NCBI GenBank assembly: GCA_000092065.1
Contig: CP000581.1
Source of the DNA: Ostreococcus lucimarinus
Lineage: Eukaryota
DNA length: 64,000 bases
Strand: one strand, 5' to 3'
Part shown: piece after piece, positions 31,404 through 41,158 of the stretch
Position numbering within the stretch: the stretch's first letter is position 1
Layout of the letters: each line of letters opens with the position of its first letter
Notes under the pieces: generated by a model
The model's input: the letters and a program-made list of their open reading frames with translations, nothing else
The model's database searches: none
What the model was told of the DNA's origin: nothing
Translations under genes and position numbers: made by a program

Positions 31404-32978
31404 ATGCCGCCGCGATCGACCGCGCGCGATGCGTCTCGACCGCGCGCGCGCGCGCGCGAGTCTCGATCGCGGTCGCGGTCGCGGTCGCGGTCGAGGCGTC
31501 GAGCGCGAACGACGAAGGCTGGCGACGAGCCGACGACGAAACGATCGACGACGACGCGCGCGACGACGGCGGACGCGCGCGCGTTCGCGTTCGGACTGCC
31601 GTACGATGACTTTCGCGCGGTGTGCCTGCTGCTGCTGCTGTACACGCTGCAGGGCGTGCCGATGGGGCTGTCGTCGTCGGTGGGATTCATCTTGCAGGAG
31701 CGCGGCGCGTCGTACGGCGACCAAGGCGTGTTTTCGTTGGCGTCGTGGCCGTTCTCGTTGAAGGTGCTCTGGGCGCCGGTCGTGGACGCGGTGTACGTGA
31801 AGTCTTTCGGACAGCGACGGACGTGGGTGATGCCGCTGCAGGCGATCGTCGGATGCACGCTGTTGTTTTTGGCCAACGCGCTCGGGGAGTTGATTAGCGC
31901 CGACGGGAGCGACGTGAAGACGCTGACGTGGACGTTTTTTTGGTTGTATTTGTTGCTGGCGAGTCAGGATATCGCGGTTGATGGGTGGGCGCTGACGATG
32001 TTGAGCGAGAAGAACGTTGGGTTGGCGTCGACGTGCAACGCGATCGGGCAAATGGTCGGGTTTTTCGTGTGCTTCACGGGATTTTTGGTGCTGAACTCGT
32101 ACGGGGTAGATCTCGGGGCGTTTATATCGTTCTGGGGGTATGTCTTCATCGCTTCGTCGGTGTTCGTGTACGCCACGAAGGAGGTGCGGTGCGAGACGCA
32201 GATGAGCGTGAAGAAGGCGTACGCGCAAGCGTTTTCCATTCTGCGATTACCCGCGGTGCTCAAGTTGAGCGCCGTGTTACTCACGCGATTCGTGGCGTTT
32301 AGCGCGTCCGAGACGCTGACGACGCTCAAGTTATTAGAGAAAGGCGTGCCGAAGACGCACATTGCCACCATGTCCGCGCTAATGACTCCGCTCAACTTGG
32401 CCATGCCCATGCTGACTCGAAAATGGACCGCCGGGGCGCGGCCGTTGGACACCATCACCAAGACTTGGGTGTGGCGCGGCGTCGCGTGCGCGTTCGCGGC
32501 GCTGCTCGTGTTTTACGCTCCCGATGTGACATCGAGCGGGACGATCCCGTACGGGTACTACGCTTTCTTATTCGCCTGGCTGTCCGTATACAGCGCATTC
32601 AGCAACGCGCATTTCATTTCATTTATGGCGTTTTACAACCGCGTCTCCGATGCGGACATGGGCGGCACGTACATGACAATCTTAAACACCGTCAGCAATC
32701 TCGGCGCCAAGTGGATGGAGAGCGTCACGTTGTTCACAATCGATCGAGTGAATACGAACGTGTGCGTCGCGAAAGGTACGCGCGAGATCATCGGCAGTTG
32801 CGCCACGGATGCGTTGAAGGCGGCGTGTAAAGGTAAGTGCGCGACGACGGATACGCCGTACTACATCGTCGTGATGCTTTCGCCAGTCATCGCTTACGCG
32901 TGGTTAAGGCTCACGCGTAAGACGATCGATTGGTTATCGCAGGCTCAGAAGTCGCACTGGCGCGTGAAGCAGGCGTAG
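31404..32978 (+). CDS. Acetyl-CoA transporter (AT-1/SLC33A1-like, MFS)
   Basis: ..FRAVCLLLLLYTLQGVPMGLSSSVGFILQERGASYGDQGVFSLASWPFSLKVLWAPVVDAVYVKSFGQRRTWVMPLQ.., a multi-TM protein matching the Acatn family. First in-frame real ATG is at 31404; the N-terminal 60 aa are S/R-rich. Confidence 0.75.
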   Translation: MPPRSTARDASRPRARARESRSRSRSRSRSRRRARTTKAGDEPTTKRSTTTRATTADARAFAFGLPYDDFRAVCLLLLLYTLQGVPMGLSSSVGFILQERGASYGDQGVFSLASWPFSLKVLWAPVVDAVYVKSFGQRRTWVMPLQAIVGCTLLFLANALGELISADGSDVKTLTWTFFWLYLLLASQDIAVDGWALTMLSEKNVGLASTCNAIGQMVGFFVCFTGFLVLNSYGVDLGAFISFWGYVFIASSVFVYATKEVRCETQMSVKKAYAQAFSILRLPAVLKLSAVLLTRFVAFSASETLTTLKLLEKGVPKTHIATMSALMTPLNLAMPMLTRKWTAGARPLDTITKTWVWRGVACAFAALLVFYAPDVTSSGTIPYGYYAFLFAWLSVYSAFSNAHFISFMAFYNRVSDADMGGTYMTILNTVSNLGAKWMESVTLFTIDRVNTNVCVAKGTREIIGSCATDALKAACKGKCATTDTPYYIVVMLSPVIAYAWLRLTRKTIDWLSQAQKSHWRVKQA

Positions 32979-33010
32979 CGAGTCTTTAACATCATTCCAA
33001 GCACTAGTCA

Positions 33011-33529
33011 TTACACATCGCCCAACGCTCGAGCGTCCGCCGCGAATAATTCTGGGTACTTCTCCCGCATCCCTCGCGCGCTCGTCGCCGCACCATCCGC
33101 TAGCAAAAACGCGGGTGGTGCGTTCCAATCCTCCCCACTCGGTTTCCACGCATCTTCCGCGTCGTCCTTCGTCTCCGCCGAAGCCTCGACGTCCTCTCGC
33201 AGCTCCGACACCAACCGCCTCAGGATCGCATCCGCCGCCCGCACGCGCGATGACGACGTCTCCACGCCGTCCCCATCGTCCGGCGCCGCGGACGCGAGCG
33301 GTCTCGAATGTTCGTCCGCGTCGCGCGTCGCCAGCGCGGCGCCACTCGACACATCGTATCCCAACATGCGCAGTTCCATGCGTCGTCGAACCATCGCGCG
33401 AAGCGCCGCGTCGTCGTCGCGCGCGTCGTCGCTCGCGTCGCTCGCGACGGTCAGAGCGGTGGCACGCGACGACGTCGAGGGATGACCGTCGAGGTAGGCC
33501 TCGAGACGCGCGCTGGCCTCGAGACGCAT
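33011..33529 (-). CDS. Hypothetical acidic protein
   Basis: 172 aa from real ATG 33529. D/E-rich, non-repetitive composition. No domain recognised. Confidence 0.35.
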   Translation of the reverse strand: MRLEASARLEAYLDGHPSTSSRATALTVASDASDDARDDDAALRAMVRRRMELRMLGYDVSSGAALATRDADEHSRPLASAAPDDGDGVETSSSRVRAADAILRRLVSELREDVEASAETKDDAEDAWKPSGEDWNAPPAFLLADGAATSARGMREKYPELFAADARALGDV

Positions 33530-33577
33530 GCGCGCTGTAGAGTTGCTGAGTGACGCTCTGGTTGAAATTTAAGATTA

Positions 33578-34666
33578 CTACTCGCACTTTTCGCAATTCG
33601 AGGACGGCACGGCGATGACGAGGTCGCACTCGCCGACGTTTATCCAAACGTTTTCCATTTTGGTTTTGCTGTTCACGGTGACGTCTGCGTCGAGGTGGCT
33701 CTCGGTCGTCGGCGCATCGGCGTCCGGCGCGGAAACGTCGAATAAGTCCGTCGTCCAATCGATGAGCGTTCGAGCCGTCTTCGCGAGCTCGCGGCTCTCG
33801 CGATCGAGTCTCTTGAGATACCACGGCGGCGTTTCCGCGTGTGCGGTTTTCTCCGCGTGCGGTGGACTCGGAATCGGGCACTCCGGAGACGCCGGCGAAC
33901 TCGGCGTAACGCGGACGACGGGCGCGTCTCGCGAGAAGTCGAACCCGGTCCGACTTCGAGCGCCCGCCCAAAACGTGTTCGCTTTTGAAGAATCGATGAC
34001 TTTACCGGTCAACTTCAACGCCTTGGGAGGTGGTACGAAACTCACGGTGTTTGACTGAGGCAACGCGCCGTCGAGGGCGAGCGCTCTCGGGACGACCACG
34101 ACGCGATGCTCGTCCGTCCCGTGGTCGTCACCGTCCTCTTCATCAAACACGTAATCATTTTCATCGTACGACGTCGAAGCCTCGCACGGCGACAACGCGC
34201 ACCGCTCGAAATCTAAATTTAGCTCTTCGACGTCGGCGCTCGCGTCGATTACGTCTTCGCTCCCCGCGACCGAAGCGACTGAAGCCTCCGGTTCGCCGAC
34301 GTCTTCCGGCGTCGAAGTCGCCGCGCCGACACCATCACTCGATGACTCCACGACTGCCGTCGCGCGCTCGCGCTCCGCCGCCTCGAAAGCCGCGACTTCT
34401 TCCAAACGTTCCATGTGCTCGAACCACACGTCTGGCGGCGGGAACTGCTCGCGCAGCTCCAGCTTCACCCTCCGCACCACAGCCTTCGTCTTCGCCCGAA
34501 CCGCGATCTTCGCTCGCGACGCCTTCCCCGCGAGCCACGCCTTGGCCGCGCCCAGTCCCAGGCGCGCGCGCGCCCCGTTCGCCGTCGACGCGCCCTCTGC
34601 CGACTGTGACGATTCGCGTACTCGCGCGACATTTTCCGCCTCCACGCCGCCGTCGCGCGCCGTCAT
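33578..34666 (-). CDS. Hypothetical protein
   Basis: 362 aa from real ATG 34666. Coding-like, acidic composition, C-terminal ..CEKCE. No domain recognised. Confidence 0.4.
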   Translation of the reverse strand: MTARDGGVEAENVARVRESSQSAEGASTANGARARLGLGAAKAWLAGKASRAKIAVRAKTKAVVRRVKLELREQFPPPDVWFEHMERLEEVAAFEAAERERATAVVESSSDGVGAATSTPEDVGEPEASVASVAGSEDVIDASADVEELNLDFERCALSPCEASTSYDENDYVFDEEDGDDHGTDEHRVVVVPRALALDGALPQSNTVSFVPPPKALKLTGKVIDSSKANTFWAGARSRTGFDFSRDAPVVRVTPSSPASPECPIPSPPHAEKTAHAETPPWYLKRLDRESRELAKTARTLIDWTTDLFDVSAPDADAPTTESHLDADVTVNSKTKMENVWINVGECDLVIAVPSSNCEKCE

Positions 34667-35000
34667 CGCGTCGCTCCGACGCGCGCGCGCGCGAATTAAT
34701 TATTACCCGCCGCGCGCGCGCGCTGCGGCGCCGCGCGATGTCGCCGCGCGCGTCGGAGCGACGCGATGTCGCCGTCGCGCGTCGTCCCCCTAACATTCGC
34801 GCGCGGTGCCATCGAAAAAATCGCGAAATCGCGATCGCGCCGCGCCGACGTCAAAAGCACGCGCGTCCTCGACGTCGCGTCGCGTTCGAGCGCATCGACG
34901 CGAGCGCACGATCGCGAGCGACGCTCGCGAGACGGTTCGCGGCGCTCGGCGCGCGCGCAGGGCTCGACGCGCGCGAAGATTCGCGTGAGGGACGGGAGAC

Positions 35001-35419
35001 ATGTGCGTTCGAAGCGACGCGGTGACGCGCGCGACGCGCGCGCGCGGCGCGGCGCGCGACGGACGACGCGACGAGGGCGCGCACAGCGCGCGAACTGGGG
35101 TGACTGACGACGGCGCGTCGCGAACGCTCGCGCTCGTAGGTTGTTTTACTCGTACTTTAAGACGCTCGTGGGGAAGCCGGTGACGGTGGAGCTGAAGAAC
35201 GATCTCGCCATCGCGGGCACGCTCGTGTCGGTGGATCAATACTTGAACATTAAGCTCGAAAACACGCGGGTGACGGATGAGGCGCGGTATCCGCACATGC
35301 GAAGCGTGAGGAATTGTTTCATTCGCGGGAGCGTCGTGCGATACGTGCAGTTGCCGGAAGCGGCGGTCGACGTGGACATTCTGCACGACGCCACGCGGCG
35401 CGAGGCGCGAGGGGCGTGA
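35001..35419 (+). CDS. LSM2: U6 snRNA-associated Sm-like protein LSm2; start codon split by an intron
   Basis: Exon 2 (35140-35419) begins G TTG TTT TAC TCG TAC TTT AAG ACG CTC GTG (LFYSYFKTLVGKPVTVELKNDLAIAGTL..SVDQYLNIKLEN..GSVVRYVQLP). No ATG lies in frame. Upstream, AT|gtgcgt at 35001-35008, actgac at about 35103 and acceptor ctcgtag|G rebuild ATG TTG.. = MLFYSYFKTL (compare LSm2 MLFFSFFKTL). Confidence 0.8.
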
Positions 35420-35674
35420 TATCATCGATAGCTTACCACTACCAACTTAGCGTTTTAATGTCTCCACGTCGTGGTGATTAGGTTCATCTACGCTTTGCCG
35501 TTTCAGACGCGATGTTGCTTGCGAACGACGCGCCGCGTCTGAGCAACTAAGACGACGCCGCGTTGATGTACACGATGTATGAATGATGCGTCGATATAAA
35601 TACAATGGCGCTTTACTGCGCGCCGCTAGCTAAAGATTGTTTCAATGCGATTTTCTAACCCGATTCGACCGCGA

Positions 35675-36631
35675 TCACCGCGCGATGCCGTACGGAAGCG
35701 CCGCGGCGAGGCGAGTGATTCGACGAATATCCACCGGCGGGTAGTTTTGCAACATCTTCATGCACGTCGCAAAATCGCCGTCGATAAGTTCTGAGCCGAT
35801 GTTCAGCACACACGCCACGCACAAGCGTAGCAGACACTCTTTGCGAGAACGCGGCGACGCGAGCATGACGTCCCACAGGCGCAAGACGTCCGCGAACTCA
35901 AAGTCCTGCGTGAACAGCAGCGTGATCCACCGAAATGCGTACATCGACGTCGTCAGGTTCAGATCTTCCAAGTGTCCGTGCACCTCTGGCCCGTGCACGG
36001 CCAGCATATCGCTCAACTCGTCCAACAACGCGCGGACGCCTTGATCCGTCGCGTCGAGCTCCATGACGAAGACGTCGCGAAACTCGCCGAATATCTCGGT
36101 AAAGCAATAAAATGCATCCGCCGCGGCGGCGTTCGGCGCGGCGTGCGCGTCCGCTGAATTCGCCAATACGTAATATATGCATCCATACATCTCGTGCATA
36201 CCCTGCACGTACCCGACGCCCGGATTCAACTTGGCGAACACGTACAGCGCGTTTCGCATCTCATCCTTCCTTCGCCCTCCCTCACCATCCTCACCCTCGT
36301 CGTTGAAGAAATGCATATCCGGATGCACGCGCGCGACGTCTCGATCGATCTGCTCCGCCAACTCATCCCCTCTGCGCGCGTCGATCCACGCGCCGCTCGT
36401 CGTCGTCGTCGTCGTCGACGCGCAAAACTCCTCCAAAAACCTCCCGTACTCCTCTCGTCTCGCCCGTTCCGTCGCCTCCCACCGCGCGCGCTCTTTCGGC
36501 AGGTACTCCAAGCACACCTTCCAAACCATCGCCCGCGCGCGTCCACCGTCGTCATCCGGCACGCCGCCGTCCGACGCCAACAGTTTCAACCGCCCCGCGT
36601 CCACCTCGTCGTCCCTTCCCAGCGCCTCCAT
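35675..36631 (-). CDS. TBC-domain Rab GTPase-activating protein
   Basis: Real ATG at 36631. ..RAMVWKVCLEYLP.. (Arg-finger region), ..IDRDVARVHPDMHFF.., ..NPGVGYVQGMHEMYGCIYYVL.. (Gln finger YxQ) and ..YAFRWITLLFTQDF... Confidence 0.75.
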   Translation of the reverse strand: MEALGRDDEVDAGRLKLLASDGGVPDDDGGRARAMVWKVCLEYLPKERARWEATERARREEYGRFLEEFCASTTTTTTSGAWIDARRGDELAEQIDRDVARVHPDMHFFNDEGEDGEGGRRKDEMRNALYVFAKLNPGVGYVQGMHEMYGCIYYVLANSADAHAAPNAAAADAFYCFTEIFGEFRDVFVMELDATDQGVRALLDELSDMLAVHGPEVHGHLEDLNLTTSMYAFRWITLLFTQDFEFADVLRLWDVMLASPRSRKECLLRLCVACVLNIGSELIDGDFATCMKMLQNYPPVDIRRITRLAAALPYGIAR

Positions 36632-36954
36632 CAGCGCCTCTCGTCGCGACGTCCCGCGCGCGCCGCTCGCGCCGAGCGCGTCCTTTTCGTCGCTTCGCGC
36701 GATCGCGCGCGCGACGCGCGCGGCGTGCGCGCGCGACTCCTCCTCGATCGTCGCCGCGCGTCGTCGCGCGCGCCGACGCTCGTTCGCGACGCGCGGCGCG
36801 CGGGACGATCGTCCGAGTCAGCGCGCGCGACGGCGACGGCGACGACGACGGCGCGCGCGCGACGACGCGACGCGCGACGCTGGCGACGCTCGCGTGCGCG
36901 GTGACGACGACGACGACGGCGCGCGCGCGCGCGGATTACGGCGACACGGTGTAC

Positions 36955-37470
36955 ATGAACGCGCTGCAGGGGGAGGGGAAGGATTACGGAAAGAAGGAGG
37001 TGCTGTATCCGGATTTCGAGCGCACGTCGAGCGGGCTGCAGTACAAGGACATGAAGCTCGGAAACGACGACGCGGCGACGTACGAGGGTAAATCTGGGAA
37101 AACGGCGGTGGTGGATTGGGATGGGTACACGATCGGGTACTACGGACGACCGTTCGAGGCGAGGAATAAATCCAAGGGCGGGGCGTTCACGGGGGACGAG
37201 AAGGACTTTTTTCGATTCAAGGCGGACGACGAGAAGGTGATCGGCGCGTTTCGAGAGGCGATCGAGGGAATGAAGGTGGGGAGCATTCGAAGGATTATCG
37301 TGCCCGCGAATAACGCAAAGTTGGGGTATCCCGATGGAAAGAAGTGGCGGACGATGCAGCCGCAACCGGCAAACTTTTCGGGCGAGCGGGCGTTGGGATT
37401 CGTGCTCGAAAATCAGGGCATGATTGACAAGACTCTATTGTTTGACATCGAACTCCTCGCGATTCGCTGA
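36955..37470 (+). CDS. FKBP-type peptidyl-prolyl cis-trans isomerase, thylakoid-lumen-type family; 5' end unresolved
   Basis: FKBP fold ..SGLQYKDMKLGNDDAATYEGKSGKTAVVDWDGYTIGYYG..LLFDIELLAI. Coordinates start at the first ATG (36955). The reading frame is open upstream to before 36601, with no ATG in any frame between 36632 and 36954. The track's 36901 start is GTG. Confidence 0.6.
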   Translation: MNALQGEGKDYGKKEVLYPDFERTSSGLQYKDMKLGNDDAATYEGKSGKTAVVDWDGYTIGYYGRPFEARNKSKGGAFTGDEKDFFRFKADDEKVIGAFREAIEGMKVGSIRRIIVPANNAKLGYPDGKKWRTMQPQPANFSGERALGFVLENQGMIDKTLLFDIELLAIR

Positions 37471-37585
37471 GGAGCGCGCGCGTCGTCAACACGGGTTGGG
37501 GTCAACTTTTTGTACACCAAGCGCTTCGCGTCGGGCGCGAAGCGGGCAATTACCTTGTTTTAATAAACATCCATCCAGTTTGGCG

Positions 37586-38833
37586 TCAATTCGGCGGGTA
37601 CATCGGAGCGTACACGCCCGCGGCGAACATCGGATGCACCGCCGGCACCGCGCCGTTCGGCACGCCGGCGGCTGGCATTTCCCCCGCGGCGAAGGCGCGC
37701 ACCAGGCTCTTCGCCGCGGCGATATTGCTCTCGTGGGGACCCTTGAGCTCGACCGCGCTCGTATTCGTCTCGGGATCGGTTTCGATGAGGGACACTTGAC
37801 ATCCCGAAATTTGCGCGATGGTCGAAATGTTGTTCCCATGATCGCCCAACACGTTCGACACGGCCTCGCCCTCGACTTCGACCGTTTCGTGAATCATCGG
37901 CGGCGGCATCGCGGACGGTGGAACCGCGGGCATCATGTACATCGGAGGCATGGGCGGCGCCGCCATCATCGCCGGCGTGATGCCGACGATGGCGGGATCG
38001 GCGAACGCCATGGCCGCCGCCGCGTTCGCCGCGTACTCCGAGCGCATGTCCCTCGGCGCCGCGACGGTCGGCTGATAATACCCCAACACGCTCGAATCCA
38101 CCAAAAAGTCTCTGAGCAAATCAAACACGAGCTCCGCCGCCGCGCGCACGTCCTTCCTCGGCCCGTGAATCTCCACCACGCGGTCCTCGCTCGTGGCGCA
38201 CGGAGGCACCTGCCCGACTTCTTGCACCGCCACGTGCGCCCCGTTCGCGAGCAATCGAATTTTTCTAATATTTTCCCCACCCTTCCCGATGAGATGCCCC
38301 GCCTGACCCGCCGGCACGAGCAATCTCAGCGCCACGTGCGTCCTTCGCGGCGCCCCCGTCGTCTCGCCGTCGTTCAACCTCTTTTCCCCACCCTCGTCCC
38401 CCAAATCCGTCGATTCCCCGCCATCGCCGTCGCCGCTCGCATTTTCACACCCCCCCTCGTCCCCATCGCTCCTCTCCGCGTCCTCCGTCTCGTCGTCCGA
38501 CCCCTCGCCGCCTCGCCTCGCGTTCGACGTCAAGAATTTCACCACCATCATCGCCGCCGTCTTCGCCGCGCACGCCTCCTTCCGCGCTTCCCGCCCCCTG
38601 GGCGCGCTCACCAACACCGCCCGCTCCAACCCCTGCGTCGGCGATTCCAGCACCTTGACCGCCGCGCCCGTCTCGCCGACGATTCGTTTGACGTTCGCGC
38701 CCGATTTCCCGATCAATCCGCCCACGCGCGTCTCCGCGCACAGCACGCGGAACACCGCGTGCCCGAGCGTCGCGCGCGCGTCGTCGTCGCCGTCGCCGTC
38801 GCCGTCCGCCGTCGGCGTCGCCGCGGTCGTCAT
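37586..38833 (-). CDS. Triple-KH-domain RNA-binding protein (PCBP/hnRNP-K-like), second paralogue
   Basis: Real ATG at 38833. KH cores VGGLIGKSGANVKRIVGETGAAVKV, AGHLIGKGGENIRKIRLLANGAHVAV and LGDHGNNISTIAQISGCQVSL. Pro/Met/Ala-rich linker. Confidence 0.7.
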   Translation of the reverse strand: MTTAATPTADGDGDGDDDARATLGHAVFRVLCAETRVGGLIGKSGANVKRIVGETGAAVKVLESPTQGLERAVLVSAPRGREARKEACAAKTAAMMVVKFLTSNARRGGEGSDDETEDAERSDGDEGGCENASGDGDGGESTDLGDEGGEKRLNDGETTGAPRRTHVALRLLVPAGQAGHLIGKGGENIRKIRLLANGAHVAVQEVGQVPPCATSEDRVVEIHGPRKDVRAAAELVFDLLRDFLVDSSVLGYYQPTVAAPRDMRSEYAANAAAAMAFADPAIVGITPAMMAAPPMPPMYMMPAVPPSAMPPPMIHETVEVEGEAVSNVLGDHGNNISTIAQISGCQVSLIETDPETNTSAVELKGPHESNIAAAKSLVRAFAAGEMPAAGVPNGAVPAVHPMFAAGVYAPMYPPN

Positions 38834-39252
38834 CGCGGCGGCGCGCGCGCGAGTGTCGCCTGGGGGGGACGGCGACCGTCCCGGTCGGTCGGTCGGTCGC
38901 CGCGCGCGTCGCGCGACGACGACGCGCGCGCGCCCGCGGCGACGCGACGCGACGCCGCGCGCGGGTCACCGAAGGCTCGATCGTCTCGGAGAATTTCGTC
39001 TCCATTTTCGCGCGTCGCGCCGCGGTCGGCGCGCGCGTCGCGGGCGTCGCGGTCGGTCGGTCGCCGCGCGCGCGACGACGACGCCGCGCGCGCGCGCGCG
39101 ACGACGGCACCGCGCGCGCCGCGGCGGGCGAGACGCCGGCGCGCCTCGCGCGCGGGCGACGGATTTTTCCCCGACGGTTTTTCGCGCGAATCCGCGCGTC
39201 GCGACGACGCGCGACGACTCGGCGCGTCACATCGCGACGACGCGAACGACCG

Positions 39253-41043
39253 ATGGCGCGACGAATGACGACGACGCGCGCGGCGACGACGACGCGCGCG
39301 GCGACGACGACGGCGGCGCGACGGCGCGCGCGAACGGCGACGCGATGTCGCGCGAACCGCGACGACGCGCCGTCGGCGCGGACGACGCGGTTGCTCGAAG
39401 ACGTCGCGACGACGAACGCGACGGCGACGACGCGCGACGCGCGAGGCGCGGGCGCGCAGACGACGCTGGACGGATTGCGCGCGCTGGACGCGGCGTGGGC
39501 GAAGATGCGCCGCGGTGACGCGACGGCGACGGCGACGGCGACGGCGGCGTTCGCGAAGCGACGGGAAGGCGCGAGCGACGCGCGCGGGGAGACGTACGAC
39601 GTCGCGGTGGCGGGCGGGACGCTGGGGGTGCTCGTCGCGGCGGCGCTGCAGAGACGAGGCGCGAGGGTGGTGGTGGTCGAGCGAGGGGAGCTGAGAGGAC
39701 GCGAACAGGAGTGGAACGTGTCGAGGGAGGAGTTGGAGCGGTTGGTGCGCGTCGGTGCGATCACGACGGAGGACGCGGACGCGTGCACGCGCATCGAGTT
39801 TAATCCGATTCGGTGCGGGTTTCACGGCGGAGGGAACGGGAACGGGAACGCGGGCGATTTGGTGACGAGGGACATTTTGAACACCGGGGTGTCGCCCGCG
39901 GCGCTCGTCGAGGCGTGTCGGAAGAGATTCGAAGAGGCGGGCGGCGCGGTGCTGGAACGAGCGTCGCTGCGCGGCGTCGAAGTGTACGACGACTGCGCGG
40001 TTCTCGACGTGGACGGCGTGCCCGTGCGCGCGCGGCTGGTTTTAGATTGCATGGGGTTTCAATCGCCCATCGTGCGTCAAATCAGAGACGATAGAAAACC
40101 GGACGGCGTGTGCGTCGTCGTCGGAAGTTGCGCCGAGGCGGACGCGTTCGACAACTCGTCGGCGGATTTGATTCGCACCGTCACGGACATCGAGGAAGAC
40201 TATAGAGGACAATACTTTTGGGAGGCGTTTCCCGCGAGCACCGGGCCGCGAGATCGCACGACTTACATGTTCACGTACATGGACGCCGATGAAAGTCGCC
40301 CGAGCATCGCGTCGATGCTCGACGATTACTGGGACCTCATGCCTTTGTATCAAGGCTTGGATTCAATCGAAGACGCCAAGCTCAAACGCGTTTTATTCGG
40401 GTTGTTTCCGACGTACAGAGACTCGCCGCTGAAGACGGAGTTCGATCGCGTGCTCGCGATCGGCGATGCGAGCGGCATCCAATCTCCGTTGTCCTTTGGC
40501 GGCCTCGCCGCGATTTTGCGCCACATCTCGCGAATCACGGGCGCGTGCGAAGAGGCGTTGGACGCCGACTGCCTCGACCGCGAAGCCCTGAGAACGGTGA
40601 ACGCGTACCAGCCGGCGTTATCGGCCGCGTGGTTGTTCCAAAAATGCATGAGCGTCGAGGTCGGATCGCGCCCGAAACGCGACTTCATCAACCGACTCAT
40701 GCGAATCAACTTCAACGTGATGAGCCGCCTCGGAGAAGACGTCTTGCGCCCCTTTCTCCAAGACGTCGTCACTTTCAAAGGCTTGGGCAAAACCTTAGTC
40801 TCCATGACCCTGACAGAACCGTTATTCGTCCCCGAGATCCTCATGAACGCCGGCGTGGGTCCCATTTTAGATTGGTTCAAGCACTTCGCCGCGCTCGGCG
40901 CGTACGATTTCTTGGCTTCGCCAGCCGCCGCTCTGGCCGATACGGTCAAAGACTTCAGCGCGGTTTCTCCGCGCCGTCGTTTCATCATTCGTCGTCAGTG
41001 CGAAGCCATCATTTACGGTGCCGGTCGCGACGTCATCCCTTAA
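39253..41043 (+). CDS. Plastid-targeted FAD-dependent oxidoreductase of the CruA/CruP lycopene-cyclase family (CruP-like)
   Basis: Real ATG at 39253. Transit-peptide-like T/A/R N-terminus. Dinucleotide-binding YDVAVAGGTLGVLVAAALQRRGARVVVVERGELRGREQEWNVSREEL.. and ..VLAIGDASGIQSPLSFGGLAAILRHI... The family call is from memory of CruP-like proteins and is moderate confidence. Confidence 0.55.
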   Translation: MARRMTTTRAATTTRAATTTAARRRARTATRCRANRDDAPSARTTRLLEDVATTNATATTRDARGAGAQTTLDGLRALDAAWAKMRRGDATATATATAAFAKRREGASDARGETYDVAVAGGTLGVLVAAALQRRGARVVVVERGELRGREQEWNVSREELERLVRVGAITTEDADACTRIEFNPIRCGFHGGGNGNGNAGDLVTRDILNTGVSPAALVEACRKRFEEAGGAVLERASLRGVEVYDDCAVLDVDGVPVRARLVLDCMGFQSPIVRQIRDDRKPDGVCVVVGSCAEADAFDNSSADLIRTVTDIEEDYRGQYFWEAFPASTGPRDRTTYMFTYMDADESRPSIASMLDDYWDLMPLYQGLDSIEDAKLKRVLFGLFPTYRDSPLKTEFDRVLAIGDASGIQSPLSFGGLAAILRHISRITGACEEALDADCLDREALRTVNAYQPALSAAWLFQKCMSVEVGSRPKRDFINRLMRINFNVMSRLGEDVLRPFLQDVVTFKGLGKTLVSMTLTEPLFVPEILMNAGVGPILDWFKHFAALGAYDFLASPAAALADTVKDFSAVSPRRRFIIRRQCEAIIYGAGRDVIP

Positions 41044-41158
41044 TTCGACTCGACTCGACCGTTCTCGTAGTCGTAGCGCTGTAAAACACGCGAGCCCGCG
41101 CGAGGCGTTTCCCGCAGCCAGCCCGCGCGGACGTCATTCGCGCGCACGCGGGATCACC

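Noticed and set aside
33529-33578. Joining the two minus-strand hypothetical ORFs (33011-33529 and 33578-34666) into one gene.
   Set aside because: The upstream ORF ends in a genuine in-frame stop. No GTGCGY donor or ACTGAC branch is present in the 48-bp gap, so they are kept as two low-confidence genes.
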